A DNA stretch of 64,000 nt from Christensenellales bacterium (GCA_051883455.1 JBJETT010000004.1:106555-170554); one strand, 5' to 3'; numbered from the stretch's first letter, positions 43,901 to 54,913 are shown. The notes: generated by a model not told the origin, from the sequence alone. Translations and numbers: made by a program.

Positions 43901-44485
43901 ATGTACGATATCGAAGCTTTGGCACGGCTTGTCGCTCAATTTACCAAGCTCCCGGGGGTTGGTCAAAAGACGGCGCAACGCTATGCTTACAAAATTATCA
44001 ATATGACCGAGGACGAAGTGGAGGCTTTTGCCAAGGCAATAGTCGAGTCCAAGCAAAAGGTGCATTATTGTCCAATTTGTGGTGGATATACCGACAAAGA
44101 CGTATGCGACATTTGTTCTACGCGCGACAAGAGAGTCATTTGCGTAGTCAAAGAGCCTAAGGACGTGGCTGCCTTTGAAAAGGTCAAGGACTTTAAGGGC
44201 GTGTATCACGTGCTCCACGGCACTATCAATCCTCTTTTGGGCGTGGGCGTGGACGATATCCGTATCAAAGAACTCTTGCAAAGACTCGACGGGGTAGAAG
44301 AAGTCATCATGGCGACCAATCCCGACGTGGACGGAGAGGCAACCGCAGTGTATATTGCCCGCCTTATCAAGCCTATGGGTATCAAGGTCACTAGAATTGC
44401 GAGCGGAATCTCTATGGGTAGCGATATAGAATACGCCGACGAGGTGACGCTCTCTAGAGCATTGCAAGACCGCAAACAGTTATAA
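43901..44485 (+). CDS. recR: Recombination mediator RecR
   Basis: [20 protein letters not shown] zinc finger, [18 protein letters not shown]. Confidence 0.98.
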   Translation: MYDIEALARLVAQFTKLPGVGQKTAQRYAYKIINMTEDEVEAFAKAIVESKQKVHYCPICGGYTDKDVCDICSTRDKRVICVVKEPKDVAAFEKVKDFKGVYHVLHGTINPLLGVGVDDIRIKELLQRLDGVEEVIMATNPDVDGEATAVYIARLIKPMGIKVTRIASGISMGSDIEYADEVTLSRALQDRKQL

Positions 44486-44491
44486 AACAAT

Positions 44492-44522
44492 AAAAAATCA
44501 CCGACGTTTGTCGGTGATTTTT
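44492..44522. terminator. Bidirectional terminator between recR and galT
   Basis: AAAAAATCACCGAC-GTTT-GTCGGTGATTTTT. Confidence 0.88.
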
Positions 44523-44605
44523 GATATTATCTTATATTTTTAATCGTAAATTTTTTGCAACTAATAATAATCTTTAAACCTTTTTGTTAAACTTATCAAA
44601 TTATA

Positions 44606-46144
44606 TCAGTTGTTGGCGATAAGTCCTAAGCCTTGGGTCATAAACTTATCGAATGCGCTTTGACCTGCTTGGTCGTTTTTGAATACGCCCGTGCATTCCA
44701 AAATCTTTTCACAAGCAGAGTTGACGTAATCGTTGACGATTTTATCTGCTTTCTTGGCGGTGTTCTTAGCGCCGTTGTCGTTGATGAGTTGAACTATCAT
44801 GCCCGCATGCTTGCTCATTGGATTTTCCGAATTGGACAATGCTTGCAAGTCAAGTGTGGTTTTGCCCGTAAGATATCCCTTGACGTCTTCTAGCTCCTTC
44901 TTAAGTCTACCCGGCAAGATAAACAAGCCCATAACTTCGATAATGCCGATGCCTTCCTTTTTGATATTGTGTAGGCTTTCTTCGGGGTGGAAGATACCGA
45001 AAGGATGGGCTTCGTCGGTGCGATTGTTGCGCAAAATTAAATCGAATATGTACTTGTCTTTTTCGAGTCTTGCGATAGGGGTGATTGCGTTGTGTTGTTC
45101 GGTAGTCTTAGAAATCACGCCAACGCTCTCGTCTGTCCAATCTTTCCAAACGTTTAGGACTTTGCAAGCCGTTTGGTATACTTGTTCACGGTTTTTGCCC
45201 TCTATTCTTACTACGCTGTTGTACCAGTCTACGATAGACACGGATACGTCAGGGCACTCGGTGCTCGTGTAGCTCTTGCGATTGCCTACCAAGAACATTG
45301 GAAGAACTTTTTCTCCTCCTTGATAGTGGTCGTGCGTGAGTATCGAACCACCTACGATAGGCAAAGCCGCGTTGCTTCCGATAAAGTAGTGAGGGAAGAG
45401 GTCAACGAAGTCCATAAGTCTGCCGAAGGCTTTGTCGTTGACGTCCATAGGTCTATGCTCGGAAGAAAAGGCAATGACGTGCTGGTGATAATATTGATAT
45501 GGAGAGAATTGCAAATTCCATTCTTCTCCGCCAAGCTCTATCGGTATTATTCTCAAGGTTTGGCGAGCAGGGTGGTTGATGTGACCTGCGTAGCCTACGT
45601 TGGACGGACAAAGCATACATGCAGGGTAGCCCGTCTTAGGCTGTAACTTGGCAAGTGCGATTTGTTTTGGGTCTTTCTCAGGCTTAGACAAGTTGATAGT
45701 TATGTCGATGCGACCGAATTTGCCCTTGTGTTCCCACTTGATATTTTTGTTGATATCTGGCATACGAACGTAGTTGTTGGCTTTGCTCAGTTCAAACAGC
45801 CAATCCGTTGCCGCTTTGACGCCTTGGGTGCTAGCTACGCTGTCGAATTCTTCGACCACCGCGCTTGGCATAGGGGTAACGAGTCCCAACATTTTGGTCT
45901 CGAAAAGAATTCTTTGTTCTTCTTGTATCATGCCCGATTGTACGGCATAATCGACTAGCGGGTCTACGATATCGGTCTGGAAATCACCGTAATCGCTAAT
46001 TGGCGCGCCTGCCGCTTGAAGATGAAACAAATCGAGCAGTTGGTTGAGAACGTAATATTCGTCCTCGGATTTGAGATTGAGGTTGTCGATAGCGTAGGCA
46101 ACCAATTCGTTGAGTTTTGTTTGTACTTGAGACGTTTCTATCAT
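44606..46144 (-). CDS. galT: Galactose-1-phosphate uridylyltransferase, Firmicutes class II
   Basis: INLSKPEKDPK, YPACMLC, FQFSPY-like QFSPYQYY, SNAALPIVGGSILTHDHYQGG, HNIKKEGIGIIEVMGL. Confidence 0.93.
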   Translation of the reverse strand: MIETSQVQTKLNELVAYAIDNLNLKSEDEYYVLNQLLDLFHLQAAGAPISDYGDFQTDIVDPLVDYAVQSGMIQEEQRILFETKMLGLVTPMPSAVVEEFDSVASTQGVKAATDWLFELSKANNYVRMPDINKNIKWEHKGKFGRIDITINLSKPEKDPKQIALAKLQPKTGYPACMLCPSNVGYAGHINHPARQTLRIIPIELGGEEWNLQFSPYQYYHQHVIAFSSEHRPMDVNDKAFGRLMDFVDLFPHYFIGSNAALPIVGGSILTHDHYQGGEKVLPMFLVGNRKSYTSTECPDVSVSIVDWYNSVVRIEGKNREQVYQTACKVLNVWKDWTDESVGVISKTTEQHNAITPIARLEKDKYIFDLILRNNRTDEAHPFGIFHPEESLHNIKKEGIGIIEVMGLFILPGRLKKELEDVKGYLTGKTTLDLQALSNSENPMSKHAGMIVQLINDNGAKNTAKKADKIVNDYVNSACEKILECTGVFKNDQAGQSAFDKFMTQGLGLIANN

Positions 46145-46327
46145 AAAAATCCTCGTATACTTATTTTTTATATTTATATTATTATAAATCAAATTCTATC
46201 TTATTGCAAGGGTAATATAACAAATAACCTTGATATTTGCCCGATAATAAAAAGTTAGCCGTATATATATTTACTTTTTTTGCGCCGTATGGTATAATAT
46301 CGGAGAAAAAACATTAGGGAGATAATT

Positions 46328-47593
46328 ATGGCTGACAAAAATTCTATTGCCAATCTCGGCAACAACGAGGTATTCAAAAATAGCGTCAAGTCGCTCTACG
46401 GTATTGCCAAGTTCGATTATGAAGTGGATAGATACCGCAAAATTTACGAGTTGCACTCGTCTAAGTACGCAGAGGGCGGAGTTTTCTATTCTTCCCCCGG
46501 TAGAATAGAAGTTTGCGGTAACCACACCGACCACAACAACGGCAAGGTTTTGTGCGCCGCTATCACTGTGGATACTATCGCTTGCGTTACGCCTCTTGCG
46601 GAGAGAAAAATTATCGTTGATTCGGTAGGCTATCCAACCGTTGAGATAAATATCGATGACCTCACGCCAAACAGTGCGGAATTCGGCACAAGCGAAGCGT
46701 TGGTGAGAGGCGTGTGCGCTTACTACGTTGACAAGGGATACAATATAGGCGGTTTTGCAGCAACCACGACCAGCGACGTATTCAAGGGCGCGGGAGTTAG
46801 TTCTTCGGCGTGCTTCGAGGTGCTGGTGTGCGAAATCCTCAACGTTATGTTCAACGACGGCAAGATTGACAAGGTGACTAAGGCTAAGGCTTCGCACCAC
46901 GCAGAGAGCGTCTTCTTCGGCAAGCCTTGCGGACTTATGGACCAAAGTGCGATTGCACTTGGCGGTGTAAGCTATATAGACTTCAAGTCTACTACCAATC
47001 CAAAAATTCAAACTATCGACTGGAAATTCGACGACCTCGCTATCGTACTTACCAATACGGGCGGAGATCACTGCGACTTGACTTCTCAATATGCCGACAT
47101 TAGAGTTGAGATGGAGGGCGTGGCTAAACAATTTAAGGCTCGCAAGCTTCGCAAGGTCAAAGAGAGCGACTTCTACGCCGCACTCGACACTTTGCAGACC
47201 AAGGTGAGTGGTAGAGCAATATTGAGAGCTATGCACTTCTTTGACGAAAATAAGCGCGTAGAAGTGGGCGCTAGAGCAGTCAAGGGCTGCAAGGAAAAGA
47301 AGTTCTGCGAGGTTATCAACGCAAGCGGACTCAGTTCTTACACTATGCTTCAAAACTGCTATCCTTTGGGCGACCTCGACCAAAGAATACCGCTCGGTAT
47401 CAACCTCAGCAAGAAGATTGAGGGCGTCAAAGCCGTGAGAGTTCACGGCGGTGGATTTGCAGGTACTATCATCGCTTATGTCGACACGAAAGCCGTTGAC
47501 GCTTACGTCAAGCAAATGGCTAAGATTTTTGGCGACAAAAACGTATTTGCAATCGGCGTGAGAAACGACGGCGCTTGCAAGGTGGAGATGTAA
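46328..47593 (+). CDS. galK: Galactokinase (GHMP family)
   Basis: PGRIEVCGNHTDHN, GAGVSSSA, CGLMDQ, RVHGGGFAG. Confidence 0.92.
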   Translation: MADKNSIANLGNNEVFKNSVKSLYGIAKFDYEVDRYRKIYELHSSKYAEGGVFYSSPGRIEVCGNHTDHNNGKVLCAAITVDTIACVTPLAERKIIVDSVGYPTVEINIDDLTPNSAEFGTSEALVRGVCAYYVDKGYNIGGFAATTTSDVFKGAGVSSSACFEVLVCEILNVMFNDGKIDKVTKAKASHHAESVFFGKPCGLMDQSAIALGGVSYIDFKSTTNPKIQTIDWKFDDLAIVLTNTGGDHCDLTSQYADIRVEMEGVAKQFKARKLRKVKESDFYAALDTLQTKVSGRAILRAMHFFDENKRVEVGARAVKGCKEKKFCEVINASGLSSYTMLQNCYPLGDLDQRIPLGINLSKKIEGVKAVRVHGGGFAGTIIAYVDTKAVDAYVKQMAKIFGDKNVFAIGVRNDGACKVEM

Positions 47594-47594
47594 G

Positions 47595-48608
47595 ATGAGC
47601 TTGCTCGGTGCAATCAGCAACGTTGCCTTTACCATATTCGGTAGGCCAATATATTGGTATGGTATCGTCGTAACTTCGGCGATTGTTTGCGCCTACTTTT
47701 TATACTTGTTTTTGGCAAAAAAACGCAATATTGACCTAGACTTTTCGCTAGAAGTATTTATTTGGTTAGTGATATTTGCCGTGCTCTTTTGCAGACTGTT
47801 CTACGTCATTCCGCGCAAAGAGTACTTCCCTAAGGACTTCGGGTGGGACGATTTGGTTAGGATATTCAATATATCCGAAGGCGGACTGACTATTATAGGC
47901 GGTATTTTCGGCGGAGCACTCGGCGTGCTATTATGTTGTCTCAAAAACAAGAAGTATAGCTTTGCCAAAGTTGCCGATTGCGTCGTTATTGCCGTTTTGC
48001 TCGGACAAATCATCGGTAGGTGGGGCAACTTCTTCAATCAAGAGCTGTTTGGTATAGAAATCACCGACCCTAAATGGCAGTTTTTCCCATTTGCCGTGTA
48101 TATCGATAGGCTAGGCGGGTACTATTGCGCGCTGTTCTTCTACGAAGGGGTGCTCAACTTTATAGGTCTAGTTATTGCTCTCGTTTGTTTTATCAAATTG
48201 CAGGACAAACTTAAGAATATGACCATAGCGCTCGGCTATCTATCTTGGTACTTCTTGGTGAGAGGTTGCCTTGAGTTTTTGAAATACGAGCACAAGACCT
48301 TTGCCGGCACCGACGTGGGAGTAGTACAAGTGATTTGCTTTGTGCTTGCGCCGATTATGATAGTGTTGACGGTGCTCAATCAAATGGGCAAAATCACCTT
48401 TGAAACCAAGTGGTTTGCTAGAAAAATCGCCGAAAAGCAAGCATCTTTGCAGACTGCCGAGGGAGCTGCAGGCGAAACGTCGACGCCAAATGCCGATGAG
48501 CAACAAGCGTCTCAAGATAGTGCTAGCCAACAAACCGAGCAAGAGACCAACGTTGCAAGGTTGGAAGATAATCATACAGACGAAACACCGTCTAACAAAA
48601 CTAACTAA
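47595..48608 (+). CDS. lgt: Prolipoprotein diacylglyceryl transferase with acidic C-terminal tail
   Basis: IYWYGI, EGGLTIIGG, GQIIGRWGNFFNQELFG, LFFYEG. Confidence 0.94.
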   Translation: MSLLGAISNVAFTIFGRPIYWYGIVVTSAIVCAYFLYLFLAKKRNIDLDFSLEVFIWLVIFAVLFCRLFYVIPRKEYFPKDFGWDDLVRIFNISEGGLTIIGGIFGGALGVLLCCLKNKKYSFAKVADCVVIAVLLGQIIGRWGNFFNQELFGIEITDPKWQFFPFAVYIDRLGGYYCALFFYEGVLNFIGLVIALVCFIKLQDKLKNMTIALGYLSWYFLVRGCLEFLKYEHKTFAGTDVGVVQVICFVLAPIMIVLTVLNQMGKITFETKWFARKIAEKQASLQTAEGAAGETSTPNADEQQASQDSASQQTEQETNVARLEDNHTDETPSNKTN

Positions 48609-48732
48609 AAATATACCGCGTGACGCGGATAGATAAGACAAAATATCGTAGAATTTTGCTATTGCAACTGACCATGAGCGGTAATGCTCAGTCGAGTGCG
48701 GTTTTCCGCCATTTATTGTACAGAGGAGTAAA

Positions 48733-50157
48733 ATGAGAAACTTAACTTTATTGACAGACCTATATCAGCTTACTATGATGTATGGCTATAGCAAAAACGA
48801 CCAGATGAACAAACAAGCGGTATTTGACGTATTCTACCGCGGTGTGGGCAACAATTACGCCGTTGCTTGCGGACTAGAACAAGTGGTTGATTATATCCTC
48901 AACCTAAAGTTTGACGAGGACGACATAGCTTATTTGAGAAGCCTAAAGCTCTTTGACGAAGAGTTTTTGGGCTTGCTTGCCGACTTCAAATTTACAGGCA
49001 ATATATACGCAGTGCCTGAGGGTACGGTAGTATTTCCGCAAGAACCTATTTTGACAGTCAAAGCAAGACTCTTTGAGGCACAGCTAGTCGAGACGGCTAT
49101 ATTGTGCATTCTCAATCACCAAACCTTGATTGCCACCAAGACGGCTAAGATTGTTTACGCTACCAAGGGTGGTGCCGTTGCCGAGTTCGGTCTGCGTAGA
49201 GCGCAAGGTCCCGACGCAGGTATATACGGCGCAAGAGCCGCGATGATTGCGGGTTGTTCTTCTACCTCCAACGTGCTTGCGGGCAAAATGTTCGACGTTG
49301 CCGTATCGGGCACTCACGCACATAGCTGGGTTATGAGCTTTGAGAGCGAATTGGAGGCGTTTAGAGCCTACGCCGACATGTATCCGTCCAAATGTCTATT
49401 GCTTGTAGATACTTACGATACGCTCAAATCGGGCGTGCCTAACGCAATTACGGTATTCAACGAATTGAGAGCTAAGGGCTACGAGCCTCTAGGAATAAGA
49501 CTCGATTCGGGCGACCTTGCATATCTATCCATTGAAGCGAGAAAAATGCTTGACGATGCAGGGTTCCCTAATGCCAAGATTTTTGCAAGCGGAGATATCG
49601 ACGAAAACGTCCTTCAATCGCTTGCTACCCAAAACGCATGCATAGATTGTTGGGGTATAGGTACTAAGCTTATTACTAGTTCCGACTGTCCAAGCCTCGG
49701 CGGTGTGTACAAGCTGGCTGCGATAGAGAAGGACGGCGTGCTGCAACCTAAGATGAAGATGAGCGACACCCCCGGCAAAATCACCAACCCCGGCTTTAAG
49801 AAGATTGTTAGACTTTACGACAACGTGACGGGCAAGGCTATAGCCGACCTTATCGCACTCAAAGAAGAGAATTTTGACGGCGTAAGCGAGATTGAGATAT
49901 TCCACCCTGACTTTACTTGGAAGAGAAAGAAAGTAACCAACTTCTATTGCAAAGAATTGATGAAAGATATCATCATTGACGGAAAACTAGTATACGATTT
50001 GCCTAGCGTCAAAGAAATTGCCGAGTATCACAAACAATCCTATGCAGAATTTTGGAACGAGTACAAGCGTATGCTCAATCCGCATATATACAAGGTTGAC
50101 TTGTCCAAGAAGCTGTTTGAGCTCAAACAAAAGCTTCTCAACGCCAACAACAAATAA
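48733..50157 (+). CDS. pncB: Nicotinate phosphoribosyltransferase
   Basis: LLTDLYQLTM, EFGLRRAQG, GTHAHSW, LLVDTYD, IRLDSGDL. Confidence 0.96.
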   Translation: MRNLTLLTDLYQLTMMYGYSKNDQMNKQAVFDVFYRGVGNNYAVACGLEQVVDYILNLKFDEDDIAYLRSLKLFDEEFLGLLADFKFTGNIYAVPEGTVVFPQEPILTVKARLFEAQLVETAILCILNHQTLIATKTAKIVYATKGGAVAEFGLRRAQGPDAGIYGARAAMIAGCSSTSNVLAGKMFDVAVSGTHAHSWVMSFESELEAFRAYADMYPSKCLLLVDTYDTLKSGVPNAITVFNELRAKGYEPLGIRLDSGDLAYLSIEARKMLDDAGFPNAKIFASGDIDENVLQSLATQNACIDCWGIGTKLITSSDCPSLGGVYKLAAIEKDGVLQPKMKMSDTPGKITNPGFKKIVRLYDNVTGKAIADLIALKEENFDGVSEIEIFHPDFTWKRKKVTNFYCKELMKDIIIDGKLVYDLPSVKEIAEYHKQSYAEFWNEYKRMLNPHIYKVDLSKKLFELKQKLLNANNK

Positions 50158-50249
50158 CCGACAAAACAAGACCTTTGTCGACAAATTAAGGGTTGCTACT
50201 TAGGTAGCAATCTTTTATTTTGGGGTATAATCAAAACCAAGGAGGACGT

Positions 50250-50729
50250 ATGGAAAAGTTTAAGGTAAGAAGAAAAGGCTACGACGTCAAGGAAGTGGAC
50301 GAATATTTGGTCAAGATAGCAGGCGGATACGACAAGGTTTTGCTCGAACATAAGGATAGAATTTTGACTTTGGAACAAGAAAAAGCCGATTTGCTAAAGA
50401 AAGTCAAAGAGTATGAAAGTAAGAGGGAAGAGGCTAGCCTTGCCCTTGCTATGGCAGTGGAAAAGGCTCGCAATATCGAATATGCTTCTAAGGTCAGGTA
50501 TTGCTTAGAGGGCGAAAGACTGAGCGAATTTGCACGCAAGTGGACTGACTACGTCAACACTCATTTGCCCGAAGAAATCGCGAGGCAAAACGACAGCTTG
50601 ACTCAATATCTGAGCGACGCTAAAGCCGAGCTGCAGAGTATGCTCGATAGCGGACTCAATATCAAAAAGTACGTATCGCAAGCCGATATGGACTTTATGG
50701 CGGAGCAAGAGCGATTGCTAGCGGAATAA
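50250..50729 (+). CDS. DivIVA/GpsB-domain coiled-coil protein
   Basis: F.VRRKGYDVKEVDEYL followed by coiled coil; SD AGGAGG before ATG 50250. Confidence 0.7.
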   Translation: MEKFKVRRKGYDVKEVDEYLVKIAGGYDKVLLEHKDRILTLEQEKADLLKKVKEYESKREEASLALAMAVEKARNIEYASKVRYCLEGERLSEFARKWTDYVNTHLPEEIARQNDSLTQYLSDAKAELQSMLDSGLNIKKYVSQADMDFMAEQERLLAE

Positions 50730-50778
50730 AATCACTTTGAGCCGTTTTGTGCTTGGACAAGTGCAGGGCGGTTTGAAT

Positions 50779-50810
50779 AAAAAAGACCGAAGTCAAGGCT
50801 TCGGTCTTTT
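50779..50810. terminator. Bidirectional terminator between the DivIVA-like gene and groEL
   Basis: AAAAAAGACCGAAG-loop-CTTCGGTCTTTT. Confidence 0.85.
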
Positions 50811-50834
50811 GACGTTTTGTGGACGTATTATATT

Positions 50835-52469
<1,635 letters not shown>

Positions 52470-52480
52470 CTAAAACCTCC

Positions 52481-52765
52481 TTATTCGATAATAGCGAGCA
52501 CGTCGCTTTGTTTGAGAATAGTAACTTCTTCGTCGTCCAACTTAAAGTCGCTTCCTGCATACTTGTTGTACAAAATCTTGTCGCCGACTTTGATTTGCAT
52601 AACGACTTCCTTGCCGTCAATAGTGCCACCAGGTCCTACTGCGATTACTTCGGCAACTTGTGGCTTTTCTTGAGAAGAAGCCGTCAAGTAAAGTCCGCTT
52701 GCAGTCTTTTCTTGAGTTTCTACTGCTTTGATGACTATACGGTCAAATAATGGTTTAATTTTCAT
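52481..52765 (-). CDS. groES: Co-chaperonin GroES
   Basis: KIKPLFDRI, TASGLYL, AVGPG, YNKYAG. Confidence 0.98.
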   Translation of the reverse strand: MKIKPLFDRIVIKAVETQEKTASGLYLTASSQEKPQVAEVIAVGPGGTIDGKEVVMQIKVGDKILYNKYAGSDFKLDDEEVTILKQSDVLAIIE

Positions 52766-52792
52766 ATATATAATGCCTCCTAATTTTCAATT

Positions 52793-52842
52793 TTAGCAAT
52801 CTACTGCCTAGAGTATTAGCAATCGACAGCCTAGACTGCCAA
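52793..52842 (-). promoter_or_regulatory. Tandem CIRCE (HrcA) operators
   Basis: TTAGCAATC-N9-GAGTATTAG (52793-52819) overlapping TTAGCAATC-N9-GACTGCCAA (52816-52842); consensus is TTAGCACTC-N9-GAGTGCTAA. Confidence 0.85.
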
Positions 52843-52908
52843 CATTTGATATTATAACACGGAAAGTAGGCAAAGTAAATATATTTATGTAAATTATTTG
52901 CAAATATC

Positions 52909-53036
52909 TTCAAACGCCGAATATGCGTCGCAATACTGCGTCGAACTTGCGTTTGCGTGGCGGTCACATACGCTTTAGTATGCTCCCTTACGCAATACTC
53001 GTTCTCCTTGTCTTGCTCGCATCTTCGGCGTTTGAA
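52909..53036. ncRNA. Structured repeat or RNA resembling the Clostridiales-1 motif
   Basis: Long terminal stem TTCAAACGCCGAATATGCG / CGCATCTTCGGCGTTTGAA enclosing CAATACTGCGTCG...GGTCACATAC..GTATGCTCCC...CCTTGTCTTG; match to the motif is from memory. Confidence 0.55.
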
Positions 53037-53131
53037 CCTAAACAAAAAGACTGCTAGCCTGACTCGCAATTTGGGCGTTTGAACCTAAACAAAAAGACTC
53101 CTAGCCTGACTCGCAATTTGGGCGTTTGAAC
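53027..53131. repeat. 47-bp tandem direct repeat (2 full copies plus 11-bp partial)
   Basis: GGCGTTTGAACCTAAACAAAAAGACT(G/C)CTAGCCTGACTCGCAATTTG starting at 53027 and 53074; GGCGTTTGAAC again at 53121. Confidence 0.9.
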
Positions 53132-53332
53132 TTGGTATTTTGTCTGCGTCTTGCTCGCATTTTCGGCGTTTATGTGTATATTTTGCCGTGATGCTTGCCG
53201 AGGTGGCTTTTTTATTTGTGAAGAATACTGATATAAATATATATAATTATTTATCTTATTATATCCATTTTTATCTTGTTTTAGTTGGCGAGATATGATA
53301 CAATGTCTATAGAAAAATTGTTGAGGTACTTT

Positions 53333-53779
53333 ATGGATAAATGGGATGCAAGATTTTTGGAAATGGCGGAATTGGTTGCGACTTGGTCTAGCTGTTACAA
53401 GCCTGATAGACACGTGGGCGCGGTCATTGTCAAGGATAAGAGAATTTTGACTACGGGCTACAACGGCGCTAGCAGTGGCATTAGTAGCTGCGTAGAGAGG
53501 GGCTGTTGTATCCGCAACGATATGGGCATTGCTTCCGGCACCAGACACGAGATTTGTTACGCCGTACACGCAGAGCAAAATGCTATTATTCAAGCGGCAA
53601 GACTTGGCGTATCGCTCATCGGTAGTACGCTATATTGCACGCATCAACCTTGCACTATTTGCGCCAAGATGATAATCAATGCGGGCATCACTCGTGTGGT
53701 TTATAAGCACGGCTATCCCGATGAATTTGGTATGAAAATGTTTGAGCAAGCGGGCGTAGTCGTAGAACAGCTGTCTTAA
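53333..53779 (+). CDS. dCMP deaminase (ComEB-like)
   Basis: WDARFLEMA, VGAVIV, TGYNG, HAEQNAI, THQPCTICAK zinc motifs; SD GAGGT before ATG 53333. Confidence 0.92.
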   Translation: MDKWDARFLEMAELVATWSSCYKPDRHVGAVIVKDKRILTTGYNGASSGISSCVERGCCIRNDMGIASGTRHEICYAVHAEQNAIIQAARLGVSLIGSTLYCTHQPCTICAKMIINAGITRVVYKHGYPDEFGMKMFEQAGVVVEQLS

Positions 53780-53953
53780 CTTGCAAAGTTTGTTTGATTG
53801 CTACTAGAAACGTAGGCAATTTGAACGTAACGAGATACAAAATATAATATAATACCAATATCTATATTATAAATAATATCAATATTATCGACGTCGTTAG
53901 ACGTCGATTTTTTGTGTTTAACAAAAGAAAAAATCTCGTATAATAGGCAACTT

Positions 53954-53960
53954 TTCGACA
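53954..53960 (-). promoter_or_regulatory. Perfect Spo0A box (TGTCGAA) just upstream of the SPOR-like gene
   Basis: TTCGACA on the + strand, 11 nt before ATG 53972; a single 7-mer, so a chance match is possible. Confidence 0.4.
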
Positions 53961-53971
53961 TATTCATTATT

Positions 53972-54913
53972 ATGGATTATTCAAAATTTTATCTTCGCAA
54001 TCGTTCTATCGACGAGTCGGACGACCTATCGGGAGAAGAATTTTCGCCACAAATCGTCTACATAGACTATCCTAAGGTAAGGGATAGACAAGTGGATTTT
54101 GATTATGAAGTATCGCCCGAAGAAGTTGCCTTGGACGTGGACACCGAGCAAAAAACCGACAAAAAAGCTCGCAAAAATGGGCGAGGCATGCTAAATAAAG
54201 TATCAATATTCGTGCTAACCATCATAATAGTGGTGCTTTCGACATTTGTGATAAGTGACTTCGTCGTGGACGGCAAGCTGATGACGGCTTGGGGACAAAT
54301 GGTAGATAGAAAAAACGTAGAAAAGACTTACTATTTGGTAGGAATAGACAGCTTTGACGATTACGATACTGCCAAAGTGAGTGCGTTAGAATTTAGGAAA
54401 GGCGGAGCAAGTGGGAATATAGTCAAGGATAATGAAAAATATCTTGTCATAGGTAATCTATTTGCTGAACGTGAGCAGGCGGAAAAGGTAGCCGGCAACT
54501 ATGAAAACGGCTGTGTTAAAGAGGTTAATATATTGCGCCTCAAGGTCAAAGACAAAGATTTGAATAGCATAATAGAAAGTAACGGATCGTATTATGCCGA
54601 AATAATCGAGGCTTTGATAGCGTTGCAATACGATTACGAGCAAAACTACGGCGATTTGAGCGTCGTTAAGAGCGAAATTGCCAAGTTAAAGAGTAATATC
54701 GCCGTGCAAAAGGCGTATTTTGAGAGTAAGACTGCAGGATACGAGGGGCAAAAAGTCGTTGAGGATATATCTTTGGATATGGGGATATGCTTTGCGTTGT
54801 TGTCTAATATTGAGACTACGGGACAGCAAAAAGCTAACGTACTCAGCGATATTAGGTATTATGCAGTACAAATCGCGCTAAATAGCAAAGATCTAAGACA
54901 AAAATACTCATAA
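53972..54913 (+). CDS. Single-pass membrane protein with SPOR-like domain and coiled coil
   Basis: Acidic N-terminus, one TM helix, YYLV.IDSF...A......R.GG.SG.I....KYLV.G.LF.EREQA pattern. Confidence 0.6.
   Translation: MDYSKFYLRNRSIDESDDLSGEEFSPQIVYIDYPKVRDRQVDFDYEVSPEEVALDVDTEQKTDKKARKNGRGMLNKVSIFVLTIIIVVLSTFVISDFVVDGKLMTAWGQMVDRKNVEKTYYLVGIDSFDDYDTAKVSALEFRKGGASGNIVKDNEKYLVIGNLFAEREQAEKVAGNYENGCVKEVNILRLKVKDKDLNSIIESNGSYYAEIIEALIALQYDYEQNYGDLSVVKSEIAKLKSNIAVQKAYFESKTAGYEGQKVVEDISLDMGICFALLSNIETTGQQKANVLSDIRYYAVQIALNSKDLRQKYS

Noticed and set aside
40690-47635. Long antisense ORFs (40690-41997, 435 aa; 46271-47635, 454 aa) and similar shadows over gdhA, groEL and purL
   Set aside because: They mirror strongly codon-biased sense genes and show no recognisable motifs or SD sequences.
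53027-53131. CRISPR array
   Set aside because: The 'spacers' are near-identical (a tandem duplication), there are only 2-3 units, and no cas genes are present.
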